Shown: positions 8,611-18,019 of the stretch, one piece after another | Position numbering within the stretch: position 1 is the stretch's first letter | How the letters are laid out: each line of letters opens with the position of its first letter | Notes under the pieces: generated by a model | The model's database searches: none | Seen by the model: only the letters and a program-made list of their open reading frames with translations | Told to the model about the DNA's origin: nothing | IMG/VR virus record: IMGVR_UViG_3300033463_000025 | Location: 79,759-143,758 of that record | Direction: 5' to 3' (one strand) | DNA from: a virus | Taxonomy: Duplodnaviria; Caudoviricetes | Length of the DNA stretch: 64,000 nt | Program-made: the position numbers and the translations under genes

Positions 8611-9668
8611 ACACAATCCTTTTCTGCATTGTTGCAAAGTACAATTTCTCTGCAAATCGGACAGCCACCAGCACAGCAACCGCGCTTCGGGCAATTCGGA
8701 CAAGAGTTAGCCAGAGAATATCTAAACTTGTTAAATACTTCTCCATCCCATGCCTCTTGAATTGTGTGGTTTCGTAGATTAACAAACCATTTAGGATTCT
8801 GATTGCCAAAACTACAGGGCATGGCGTTCATATGAGCATCAATATACATCGAGAAGCGTCCGCCCTCGCAATAGTCGATACTGTCAAGATTGATTTTTGA
8901 CGTATTGTTTACGATGCCTGCACAAGAGCAAGAATCAAAACCGATTTTGAAGTCAAATTTTCCATTGTCTATAATATCGAAAAACTCTTTCACTTTCGGA
9001 TTGTCGGGCGTTAAGATGTTTTCAATCTTACCTAAACCGATAGGCTTATAAAGCAGAAAGACAATAGCGTTAATACCCTTATGGAAGCCGTTATTCTTTA
9101 AGCGGTCGATAGCATCATCAATACTCTTTGCAGATAAGACGTAATGGATGTTAGTCTTTACACCAGCCTCGATAAGAAGATTCAATGCTCTTTCGGTATA
9201 ATCAGCATTGTGCTCAGATACGGCGACCGCGCCACAATACTGTTTACAAAGCTCCGCCTTTTCTTTTGTAAAAGCGATACCAGATGTAGTAAAGTTCGGT
9301 ACAACTCCATACTGACGAGAGAGCTTTAAGATTTCTTCAAAGTGTTCGTGCGTATCAGGGTCGCCAGCTCCACCGAGAGCTACTTGGAACAGCTTGCCTT
9401 CTCCCTGTTTCATTATATCTTCGTAATCATCAAGGCTCATATTCTCGCCCGTTCTGTCACAAGCCTTTTGGTAACAATCCACTTTACACTTGTGAGCACA
9501 AACGCATCTTTCCATTATGCCAATGTCAATAAGCTGTGGGAAGTTCCGCATAAACGGGTCAACGCCTGTGTCTTTTCCATCCTCAATAACACCTGTTCTC
9601 ATATAAAAACCTGTGTTCGGGTCAAACTGTTCTACAAACTTGTTTTTTCTGTCAATATAAACGTTCAT
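8607..9668 (-). CDS. radical SAM enzyme with C-terminal SPASM domain
   Basis: Cys cluster CVCAHKCKVDCYQ, LGGAGDP, FTTSG; SPASM CEGG..MYID..MPCSF..CPNC..CAGGCP. Confidence 0.92.
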   Translation of the reverse strand: MNVYIDRKNKFVEQFDPNTGFYMRTGVIEDGKDTGVDPFMRNFPQLIDIGIMERCVCAHKCKVDCYQKACDRTGENMSLDDYEDIMKQGEGKLFQVALGGAGDPDTHEHFEEILKLSRQYGVVPNFTTSGIAFTKEKAELCKQYCGAVAVSEHNADYTERALNLLIEAGVKTNIHYVLSAKSIDDAIDRLKNNGFHKGINAIVFLLYKPIGLGKIENILTPDNPKVKEFFDIIDNGKFDFKIGFDSCSCAGIVNNTSKINLDSIDYCEGGRFSMYIDAHMNAMPCSFGNQNPKWFVNLRNHTIQEAWDGEVFNKFRYSLANSCPNCPKRGCCAGGCPICREIVLCNNAEKDCV

Positions 9669-9678
9669 AACTTACCTC

Positions 9679-10395
9679 TCAAATTTTCCATTGTTTATTT
9701 GCATTTTCAAAAATATATGTAAGGCGACGTGGCGCATATTGCCGTGTCGTCAATCCGTTAATAGCAGACTTCATATCAGCCAACATAACGGAATTAACCT
9801 TGCAATCAGAAAGCTGTCCGAGAATAAACAGCTCATCCTTAACCTTCCGCCGAGCAATCAGGCGTTCTTTTAGCATCAAACACAGAATGTATGCTTTGTA
9901 CATATCAAAGTTATTCAACTCAATAAAGTGTTCTATGTCGCTATCTTCAAGGTCTATTTCACTTAACGCTTGTCGCAACTTTGTCTTTCGTTCTTCCGCT
10001 GTAGTGATAAAGTCAGTTAAAGAATCAACCTCTGCATTTATTCTATCAATATGAGCACTGTTCAAATCAATGTCCGATATTGATTTTATAGATAACTTTT
10101 CAGTTGGCTTTGGAATTTCTTTCTGTACTGGTGTTATCTTTTCCACTTCAGGCTTTATCTTTTTAATGGTCTGTTCATCACTACTTTCTGTCGTAAGCTC
10201 TTTAACGTGATACCTCGCTCTCAAATTCTTATTGATTGAATTTTGTAGAACGTTCTTGGCTTTATAATAATTATCCCACATCTTTGCTAACATCCAGTTA
10301 TCAACAGGAATATAATTACCTTGTGCGTCTTCTCTTAGATAATGACCATGAGAGTCAACAAGCACAAACTTTCCCAACTTTTCCACCTCTTTCAT
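9679..10395 (-). CDS. hypothetical coiled-coil phage protein
   Basis: DIEHFIE...RRKVKDE...YAPR; first gene of the rSAM operon. Confidence 0.75.
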   Translation of the reverse strand: MKEVEKLGKFVLVDSHGHYLREDAQGNYIPVDNWMLAKMWDNYYKAKNVLQNSINKNLRARYHVKELTTESSDEQTIKKIKPEVEKITPVQKEIPKPTEKLSIKSISDIDLNSAHIDRINAEVDSLTDFITTAEERKTKLRQALSEIDLEDSDIEHFIELNNFDMYKAYILCLMLKERLIARRKVKDELFILGQLSDCKVNSVMLADMKSAINGLTTRQYAPRRLTYIFENANKQWKI

Positions 10396-10439
10396 ATCGT
10401 TATTTTATCACTCTATTGAGTTATGTTATAAATTATTTT

Positions 10440-10467
10440 TTATAGGGGCTGGTTAAGCCCCTATAAA
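10440..10467. terminator. intrinsic terminator-like hairpin
   Basis: TATAGGGGCT-GGTTA-AGCCCCTATA with flanking T/A runs. Confidence 0.7.
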
Positions 10468-10468
10468 A

Positions 10469-11410
10469 TTACACCACGAATGTACTTAATTGTGGTAACA
10501 GATTATACATTCTCGCTGGGTTCGCACCGTAATCTCTGAGATACGGAATAAGTACATCATTACTACCTTCACCCGTTACAGCTTTATCAACTACGTCCTT
10601 CCCCAACTTACTTACAAGATAATCATACAATCCGCGTTGCCACAATCTTGTAGCATTAAATCTTGTATTTGAATACGGGGTAACATCTCTTGAAAACTTA
10701 GACCGTGCTCGTAGCACTACATCTTTTAGCGGAATATCCTCAATGCTTTCGTCCTTCTCGCTGATGAGTCCCATATAACTTTTATGCCAAGTCAGGTTAT
10801 AGTATTTACGTCCTCGATATGCTGATACATAAAGCGGCGTATAATGTTGCTTCTCAAGCAGTTCCGCCGTTCTATCCGATAAAGTAATAGTCCTTCCTAA
10901 CAGTTTTATTCTCGGTAAGTCCACCATATCTTCCGTGATACTATAAAGCTCATCAAACGATGATATTCCTTCGTAGAACAGTCTAATTGAACACTCTAAA
11001 TGTTCCGCTGTGCATTTGCCAGACTTGTAGATTTCGTTAATTACATACTCAATCTCTTTCTTGTCCAACGGCGACAAGCGTTGTTTTGCACGTTCAAACA
11101 ATGCTTTTGGCGATAGCTCCGCTTTATTCCACGGATTTCGCACAGGCTCGTAAGTGTCAATATAGTATTCAAATACCTGCTTATAGAACCATACATAGGC
11201 TCTATACGTTGTTACCGATGTGCCTGGAGGATAAGCGTCCATCAATTCGATGCAGTCTTGAACAGTGAAGTCAATGAATTGTTTACCTAATTTTTTCTCG
11301 ACTTCAAATAGTTCAGGTCGCAAATAGACGTTGCGATTTCTCCGCACAACCTCATCATTACTTTTGTCGAACACTTCATCAAATAATTGCTGAGTAGAGA
11401 TAACTGCCAT
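10469..11410 (-). CDS. MrpR/YopR-like repressor candidate (degenerate tyrosine-recombinase fold)
   Basis: EKKLGKQFIDFT, NPW, RLFYEGI..EL, TRLWQRG; no HxxR or catalytic Tyr motif; has its own promoter. Confidence 0.6.
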   Translation of the reverse strand: MAVISTQQLFDEVFDKSNDEVVRRNRNVYLRPELFEVEKKLGKQFIDFTVQDCIELMDAYPPGTSVTTYRAYVWFYKQVFEYYIDTYEPVRNPWNKAELSPKALFERAKQRLSPLDKKEIEYVINEIYKSGKCTAEHLECSIRLFYEGISSFDELYSITEDMVDLPRIKLLGRTITLSDRTAELLEKQHYTPLYVSAYRGRKYYNLTWHKSYMGLISEKDESIEDIPLKDVVLRARSKFSRDVTPYSNTRFNATRLWQRGLYDYLVSKLGKDVVDKAVTGEGSNDVLIPYLRDYGANPARMYNLLPQLSTFVV

Positions 11411-11485
11411 ACAAATCTCCCCTTTAATTCCATAATAACATTATCCACAATAATTGTCAATAGATTTTTTGAATTATTCTATAAA

Positions 11486-11857
11486 TCATATCGCTTGCAA
11501 AATAGGAAATTGAATCAGCATCGCTTTCATTATTTCGCCTACGATATTCCCTTTTACTTCTCCGATTGGCTTATCCAAATTTTCCATTGGTAATGTACTA
11601 ATCTGTTCCACCAACAACGTACTTGGCACTCGCAATCCACATTCTTTATAATTCCAAATCTCAACGTGAATCGGTAACTTCCGTTTATTCATTTTTGAAG
11701 TAATCGGGATAACATTGACAATATCGGCATAAGTGTTATTCAAATCATTGGAAAGAATAAGCACAGGTCGATAACCACTCTGTACGCTCCCCGCCTTACT
11801 CGGCAGTTTGCACAGCCAAATCTGCCCACATTTAGGCTTATCGTTTTTGCCACACAT
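11486..11857 (-). CDS. mazF: MazF/PemK-family endoribonuclease
   Basis: GQIWLC..GSVQSGYRPVLILSND..N..VIPITS..LPIHV..S.LLVEQI.T. Confidence 0.92.
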   Translation of the reverse strand: MCGKNDKPKCGQIWLCKLPSKAGSVQSGYRPVLILSNDLNNTYADIVNVIPITSKMNKRKLPIHVEIWNYKECGLRVPSTLLVEQISTLPMENLDKPIGEVKGNIVGEIMKAMLIQFPILQAI

Positions 11858-12001
11858 AAAACCACCTCTCTGCATTGAAATATGTAACACAAATGCAAAT
11901 GGGTTTTATGCTCGCAATCAGCAATTATCCGTATTTACTTTTGGTAATTACACATCTCTCCTTTGGCAAAAGTAGTTTCCGTAGCATTATTGGTTTCTGT
12001 A

Positions 12002-12217
12002 TTATTCAAGATATTTTGTTTTAAGCTCAACGGGATTCGCCGCCTTTCCAAGTTTTTCCGCTTTATCATCTACCAGCTTATATAAGAAATATTGACTTCT
12101 CTCTATTTTGGAAGTAACAAAATAAGTTGTTCCGTTCGTATGGTACGTTTCCCACACAATCTCTGTCTTCGGTATTCCCTTAATGGCTTTATTCGGAATA
12201 GGGATGCCATCTATCAC
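12002..12217 (-). CDS. hypothetical protein
   Basis: 71-aa ORF overlapping the recombinase stop. Confidence 0.65.
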   Translation of the reverse strand: MIDGIPIPNKAIKGIPKTEIVWETYHTNGTTYFVTSKIERSQYFLYKLVDDKAEKLGKAANPVELKTKYLE

Positions 12218-13146
12218 TTAGCTACCCCCTCGGCATAACTGAACACATCATTGACAGCTTTAATATGAATTTGCGGGTCAGTAACATTCGCGTTCTGACA
12301 TCCTGCCTGATATGCCATAGTGATAAGTTCACGCAGGTCGTTGTTATCAAGCAACATCATGGGCGAGTCTGATTCGGGTGAATAGGTTTTATCACCAAAG
12401 ATATAATCCTTCCAAAAGTCACCCATATCAGAAGTGTACTTCTCTGTAGCCTCACGGTCAACGCCTGTATAGCGTCTTGTTACAGCTTCACTTGAATGAT
12501 TAAAGCCACGGCTTACAATCTGCATAGCATTTGGGTCTGTCTTATGAAGCTCAATGCTGGTTTTACCAAACGTCTTTCGGGAGCTGTGTGTGCCTAAATT
12601 ACGTTCGATGTTCAGCTTCTTCATAACGTCCTTCAGCGCATACATAGCACCAGAGTAGGACAACACAGAACCTTTGTGCGTTCCAGTAAACTGATAGAAC
12701 ACTTCGCGCTTGTAATCGTCGGTCGCTGGGTCATAACCAACAGCACAGAGATACTTGCCAATAGCAATCTTGACAGCCTCATTGATTTTTGGGGAAGCAT
12801 ACTTGCCTGTTTTCTGCTCTTTGATAGCCTTCAAGTTTTCTCTGAAATTACCCGTTTGCGGATTAAAGAAATCTTCCCACGTCAGCTTGCACATATCAGA
12901 AAAGCGTCGTGCAAGGTTATAAGACGTAACAAACAGAAGATAGTGAATCCACTTGTTATTCTGTTCAAAGTATTCTACCACACGCTTAGTGTCTTCGATA
13001 GATAACTCGTGAACCTCACAGCTTTTTCCTTTACACTTACTTGCTTTCTTAGCAACTGGCGTTTCTTCATGCTGAGGGAACAGCTCAATAACATTCCCTC
13101 TTGTAACTGTATTCGGATTATAATTTACAATAGCTGGTGCTGGCAT
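12214..13146 (-). CDS. tyrosine recombinase/integrase
   Basis: Full catalytic set: ARRFSD, EQKTGK, THSSRKT, FNHSS, TRRY. Start reset because the track start overlaps the -10 box. Confidence 0.92.
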   Translation of the reverse strand: MPAPAIVNYNPNTVTRGNVIELFPQHEETPVAKKASKCKGKSCEVHELSIEDTKRVVEYFEQNNKWIHYLLFVTSYNLARRFSDMCKLTWEDFFNPQTGNFRENLKAIKEQKTGKYASPKINEAVKIAIGKYLCAVGYDPATDDYKREVFYQFTGTHKGSVLSYSGAMYALKDVMKKLNIERNLGTHSSRKTFGKTSIELHKTDPNAMQIVSRGFNHSSEAVTRRYTGVDREATEKYTSDMGDFWKDYIFGDKTYSPESDSPMMLLDNNDLRELITMAYQAGCQNANVTDPQIHIKAVNDVFSYAEGVAK

Positions 13147-13176
13147 ATCCTTCAGCTCCTTTCTTAGATTGACTGC

Positions 13177-13446
13177 ATTATACCACAAGGAATAACATTT
13201 GTCAATAGGTTTATTGAGTTATTTTATAAAAAGTTTTTCACATACATGAATCAAATTTTCCATCAAGCGACTTTTAAACTAAGTTAAAAAAAACGCTATA
13301 TAGATGTAATATATAATTAATTTATATAGAATACTCTATTAGTATATAATCATATCTAATATAATCATATACTATATAACCTATTATCAACTATAAGATT
13401 ATTAACTAATATAATAATTATCTATTAAGTTGATAATAGGTACGTC
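13177..13446 (-). repeat. left copy of long inverted repeat, including promoter
   Basis: Reverse complement aligns to 39304-39567, with 41 bp identical (13352-13392 vs 39355-39395). Internal dyad ACCTATTATCAACT..AGTTGATAATAGGT; TTGACA-17-TATAAT. Confidence 0.9.
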
Positions 13447-13696
13447 ACCTCTTTTTACAATTTTTCCGTATTTTGCAAAATTTCAGTTAAATGAAATGGC
13501 TGTTTTATTGTAGAAAGTTTACCTCCCTATCAGCTTCGCCCACCCCTCTCGTTCCTCTGTGGCGTTCATATTTTGGTAGGGCACTCAACTTTTCCGTTCA
13601 AAGCAATTTAAAATGGAAAGTTGAAGTTCGCAAATATATGATTATATCCTATATCATAGGATAGTTCGTTAATTCTATAACAAACTTTTTCAGCAT

Positions 13697-13800
13697 AAAA
13701 ATAACAGCCCCCTCGGACACAAGGGGCTGTCGGTGTCAAAAGACAACAAACAAAGGAGTTAGGGGTAACTATGTTCGCTTGTTACCATCTTTGTTCATTA
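13697..13800 (-). ncRNA. candidate small RNA antisense to early-gene leaders/RBS
   Basis: TTGACA(13829-34)-17-TATAAT(13806-11), 5' hairpin, CU-rich core AACUCCUUUGUUUGUUGUCUUUUGACA, terminator stem 13704-13730; no sense ORF. Confidence 0.7.
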
Positions 13801-13830
13801 AGCAAATTATACACTACTACTTGCAATATG

Positions 13831-14100
13831 TCAAGTAACATCTGGCGTAGGATATTCCACGTCGAAATCACCACGAACGGCGGCGAAGGTCAAGGATGAG
13901 ATATATGCGTCATTTGTTCCGTCGCCTATGGCTATATACATTCTTGTTTGCGGTCTGATAGTAAATGTCTTATCTTCATTTAGCTTGTAGCTCTTGTGAA
14001 ATGTAATCACAGCATTTCTAACTTCGTTCTTATTCCGCACGAACAAGCCTTTGCCTGTCGTACCAATGGTAATTTCCTTGTCGTTATACAAACTAATCAT
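13831..14100 (-). CDS. hypothetical protein
   Basis: GAGGTG RBS before MISLYN. Confidence 0.65.
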   Translation of the reverse strand: MISLYNDKEITIGTTGKGLFVRNKNEVRNAVITFHKSYKLNEDKTFTIRPQTRMYIAIGDGTNDAYISSLTFAAVRGDFDVEYPTPDVT

Positions 14101-14110
14101 AGTACACCTC

Positions 14111-15928
14111 TTATGCAACCGTTTCTTCCAACATGAGCACTTTGCTTTCGGGAGAAACGATAAAACGCTCACGCTGGGCGAATGTCTGATTGTACGATTC
14201 CTCGCCTTCAAATTCATCTATTACTCGGCGTTCTTCTTCGTCCATAGCTTTGTATGTTTTCTTTCCGTAGGACGGCGGCAACCAGCCCTTCTTCATACAG
14301 CCGTAAATGTTAAACTTCTTCAGAACGTCAAGGTCGGTAAACTTGATATGAACTGTACCCTTCTTGTACACGTTTACATCGAAATACTTGAAATGCAAAT
14401 TCTTTGTGGTCTGCGTTTTTTCGTATGCCTCTAACCAATGGTGAAGGTCGCGCTGAATTTCATTTTCTCCACCATCAAGGAAGTCAAAACACTTTTCAAT
14501 ATCGTCAAGGATTCTGCCGATTTCTCCGTCATAGAAGTTATACTTGAATTTACCCCAAATAGAATCCCAACATCTACACCACGGCACAACAACCCTGGGA
14601 TTGATGATGAAAGCAGAGTTAGATTTCCAACCGCTGAAGTAGTGAACGTTTCCACTTGCTTCCATTGAATGTTTGTATGTCAGCTTTTCAAAGAGCGATA
14701 TGATTTTATCCTCGATACCTTGAGCTACAGACTTGAGCATATCAATTCTTACAGCGTAGATATTTGACAACGAAAAATCCTTCTTGGCATATTCCTTTAT
14801 ATCGGCAAAATACTGTTCTTTAAGATTGGAAGTAAGATTGCCGATAAATGCAGGCTTATGTAAAAGCTCATACCAATATTTGTATCTTACGGAATAAACA
14901 TACTTGTTCCACTCAAAAGCCTTACCTCTTCCGTCTACCAGTCCGATATGTGCGCCGCGCTTGTATGAAGGCAACTCTTTTTCATCGCTGGCAAAGTATA
15001 AAGAAATATGCGGCGATACGGCAAGGTATTCTTCATACAGCCTCTTCCCCATCGCTATTTCTTTTTTATACATCAGCACAGCTTGACGCATATAATCAGC
15101 GGTCACAATTTCAGAAGTGTTATAGTCAGGCTCATCAACAGTGATTTCCATTTCCTCAAGCTCATCAAGGATTGTGGAATGTGCATTGTTGAACGGCGAA
15201 GGAATATCAATACGCACGATTGCACACTCAACATCTGTCTGGCGTTCAGCCTGTTTGAAAGCACCGCTAACATATTCAATCTCGGCATTGTAGAAGTCGA
15301 GCTGTTTCTTCAATTCTTTGCGCCAATTAGAATAGGGATTGTCAAGAGTCTGACGGTTAAGCAGACAAATAATCTTTCCGCCTGTTTTCTTGGCTACGTT
15401 GATTGCGTGAAGAAGATGCTCGTCGCCGTTGCTAAAAGGCGGATTCATAATGATTAAGTCGAAGTGTTCATCGCCGTTAAACTCTAAGAAGTCGCTACCA
15501 ATAACGGTATAATCTTTGTCTTTAAGGATTGCTCTAAGTCCGTCGTCAACCTCGATACAATTAACGTCTAACTTTTCACATCCCTCACGAATGTCACCAA
15601 TGAGATAACGCCTTTCATCTTCATCTTGGCTATACTTTCTTTTGTTATAGTCTGCTATCCATTGAGTAGTCATGTACTTATAAATCATTTCTTCATAAGT
15701 AATTTTATAAGCAACATACTCTTCAAAGATAGGGTCTTTATAACGATAGCTCCCCATTCTGTGGCTAACGCAGTAACGCATATAGCAAATGAAGTCTGCA
15801 ATATCACCCTTGCCTGCTGACGGCTCAAGCACACTCTCAATATCGGTCAACTTAATGCCTTTAATCATTTCCGCTACAAGTTCTGGCGGAGTCGGATAAA
15901 ATTCAGTTAATGATTTGTATGTACTCAT
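14111..15928 (-). CDS. N6-adenine-type DNA methyltransferase with DUF4942-like C-terminus
   Basis: FYPTP, VLEPSAGKG, IIMNPPF; C-terminal GWKSN and YFDVNVYKKGTVHIKF. Confidence 0.88.
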   Translation of the reverse strand: MSTYKSLTEFYPTPPELVAEMIKGIKLTDIESVLEPSAGKGDIADFICYMRYCVSHRMGSYRYKDPIFEEYVAYKITYEEMIYKYMTTQWIADYNKRKYSQDEDERRYLIGDIREGCEKLDVNCIEVDDGLRAILKDKDYTVIGSDFLEFNGDEHFDLIIMNPPFSNGDEHLLHAINVAKKTGGKIICLLNRQTLDNPYSNWRKELKKQLDFYNAEIEYVSGAFKQAERQTDVECAIVRIDIPSPFNNAHSTILDELEEMEITVDEPDYNTSEIVTADYMRQAVLMYKKEIAMGKRLYEEYLAVSPHISLYFASDEKELPSYKRGAHIGLVDGRGKAFEWNKYVYSVRYKYWYELLHKPAFIGNLTSNLKEQYFADIKEYAKKDFSLSNIYAVRIDMLKSVAQGIEDKIISLFEKLTYKHSMEASGNVHYFSGWKSNSAFIINPRVVVPWCRCWDSIWGKFKYNFYDGEIGRILDDIEKCFDFLDGGENEIQRDLHHWLEAYEKTQTTKNLHFKYFDVNVYKKGTVHIKFTDLDVLKKFNIYGCMKKGWLPPSYGKKTYKAMDEEERRVIDEFEGEESYNQTFAQRERFIVSPESKVLMLEETVA

Positions 15929-16296
15929 AATCTTTTCTCCTTTAACATTATTTTATTTGTCTTTTGACTTATGCTGTACGGTATTTTTTAACCTCAACCA
16001 ACGATATTATTATAGCCGATTTTCGTTAAATTGTCAAGTGATTTTACTTTTTTTTATGGTTTTTAATATTGTGGTTTTCTGTTTTAGTAATATAAATAAT
16101 TATATACATTACTGCCGCAATTTGTATAAAATCGTTTACATTATTTTGTTTTGAAAAATGACACCTTTTTGCGGACATCCGCAAATTGGTCTACAAAAAT
16201 CCCTTGTTTTTCAAAATAAAACCTTTTTGCCAACGCTGGCAAAATGGTAAAAGAAAAACCACAACCGAAGCTGTGGTTTTTTATTTATACCTCTAA

Positions 16297-16560
16297 TTAA
16301 ATCATAGCATATCTCCAACTGGAACACTCAATAGCATTTGTCTGTACATACACTTCTCCATCATGTGCATATAAATATTTACCTTCAACCCAATCGGAAT
16401 CCAAAGAATCTTTGACTAAAATACTATCCCCTTCTTGTAATACTATTTTATCATCAACAATTACATCTTCAATTCCGACTGAATCGCCGTATGGAGAAAA
16501 TGTTAAATCTTTTTCTCTGTTATATTTATAAGACACATTATTATTTGGAAACACTGTCAC
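16297..16560 (-). CDS. hypothetical protein
   Basis: ORF with RBS, followed by a terminator at 16254-16281. Confidence 0.6.
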   Translation of the reverse strand: MTVFPNNNVSYKYNREKDLTFSPYGDSVGIEDVIVDDKIVLQEGDSILVKDSLDSDWVEGKYLYAHDGEVYVQTNAIECSSWRYAMI

Positions 16561-16600
16561 GATTACACCCTCTTAAAACCATATTAAATTGCTATTATGT

Positions 16601-16852
16601 TTAATCACTACATATTTCTATTTCGTTAAACCCATTATTATTAATAACAAGTTTTTTTGCTTTTAATAATTCTGTTGCGCTTTCACAACTACCAATTTTT
16701 AAAGAAGGATATCCAACAACATTTCCATACCATACAAATGCACCACTTTTACGTTCCCAATATCCAGCATATGTACGACGCAAAGAAGAAGTTAAAACGT
16801 CTATGTTTAAATCTTCTTTAATTTTTTTAGATAACTTTTCAAATACAGTCAT
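16601..16852 (-). CDS. hypothetical protein
   Basis: ORF with GAGG RBS; RRTYAGYW..GAFVW. Confidence 0.7.
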   Translation of the reverse strand: MTVFEKLSKKIKEDLNIDVLTSSLRRTYAGYWERKSGAFVWYGNVVGYPSLKIGSCESATELLKAKKLVINNNGFNEIEICSD

Positions 16853-16886
16853 TTTTTCCTCTTAAAAACTATTGCTTTACCTGTAA

Positions 16887-17177
16887 TCAATCTATATACT
16901 TATTTAAAATAATTTTAATCATTCCCAACTTAGCTTCTCTTACAACCGAACACACTTCATGTAACTTAGTCATAAGAGTAAGTCCAATATCATCGTATTG
17001 AGTATATTCCGCTACAGTTTTAACACATACAATAAACAATTTTTCATAATCTCTTTCTGTTAAAGCCATAGCCTTTGACTCTGCTTTTCTAATTTCATCA
17101 AAATACCCAATCTTAATCATATTCCCGTTATGGTCTACAATCTTATACTTGACTTCATCTCGTGTATAAATCTGCAT
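16887..17177 (-). CDS. hypothetical protein
   Basis: ORF with RBS. Confidence 0.65.
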   Translation of the reverse strand: MQIYTRDEVKYKIVDHNGNMIKIGYFDEIRKAESKAMALTERDYEKLFIVCVKTVAEYTQYDDIGLTLMTKLHEVCSVVREAKLGMIKIILNKYID

Positions 17178-17191
17178 ATTTTCACTTCCTT

Positions 17192-17440
17192 CTACATCAC
17201 TTCCATAGGGTATATCTCAAATAAATCATAGTCAGCACCGTCAGCAGACATATACATTTTCACTCTATCAATGTCACCATCATAAAAGTATATATCGCCC
17301 TTAGAATTTACAGTCCATTCTAACTGAGAAAGTTCATAGGTTTTTTCACAGTATTTTTTACATTTCAATAATGAATCAAACACTTTTACTTCTCTTACTC
17401 CGCCATATTCATATCCAATAAGCAAAACAAATACTTTCAT
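17192..17440 (-). CDS. hypothetical protein
   Basis: ORF with GAGGTG RBS. Confidence 0.65.
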   Translation of the reverse strand: MKVFVLLIGYEYGGVREVKVFDSLLKCKKYCEKTYELSQLEWTVNSKGDIYFYDGDIDRVKMYMSADGADYDLFEIYPMEVM

Positions 17441-17458
17441 AATATCACCTCTTGAAAA

Positions 17459-17983
17459 CTACGTTTTATTCAATTCCTCTTCTAACAATAATTTTACTTT
17501 TTCAATCTCTTTTGACGTATGTGGCGTACCACCAGTATTCATCTCGATATACCATTGTAAAACTTCCGCTTTAGTTTTAAGGTCATTCACATTAAAAAGG
17601 AAATCAATCTCAAACGGCAATTTATCTTCAAATTCCTTATAATAATGACCAAACGCAGGTATTTCGTTATGCAAAAAGGCAAGCACAGCAGTTAGCCTTT
17701 GCAATCCATCCACACAAACAAACTCATCATTAGGACTATATCTATAATGCCAGTTAGGACAATTAAAATAAATAATCCTTGCAGATTTTCCACCTTGTAA
17801 AATAAACTCTACATAGGCAATTTGTTGAACTTTTGTCCACACATGACCTCTTTGAAAATCGGGATTTAATTGCAAATTAAGTTCATTAGTATAATCATCT
17901 AAAGTCTTTTCTAAATATCTCCAAGGCACATTAACTTGATAATGACCATCTCTTGTAAGTTGAGGTATTTCAGAAAATTTCAT
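17459..17983 (-). CDS. stand-alone DUF262 (ParB/Srx-like, GmrS-type) protein
   Basis: NPDFQRGHVW, VDGLQRLT and MNTGG motifs. Confidence 0.85.
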   Translation of the reverse strand: MKFSEIPQLTRDGHYQVNVPWRYLEKTLDDYTNELNLQLNPDFQRGHVWTKVQQIAYVEFILQGGKSARIIYFNCPNWHYRYSPNDEFVCVDGLQRLTAVLAFLHNEIPAFGHYYKEFEDKLPFEIDFLFNVNDLKTKAEVLQWYIEMNTGGTPHTSKEIEKVKLLLEEELNKT

Positions 17984-18019
17984 TATAATCACCTCTTATT
18001 CTATATACTTAATAAAATA

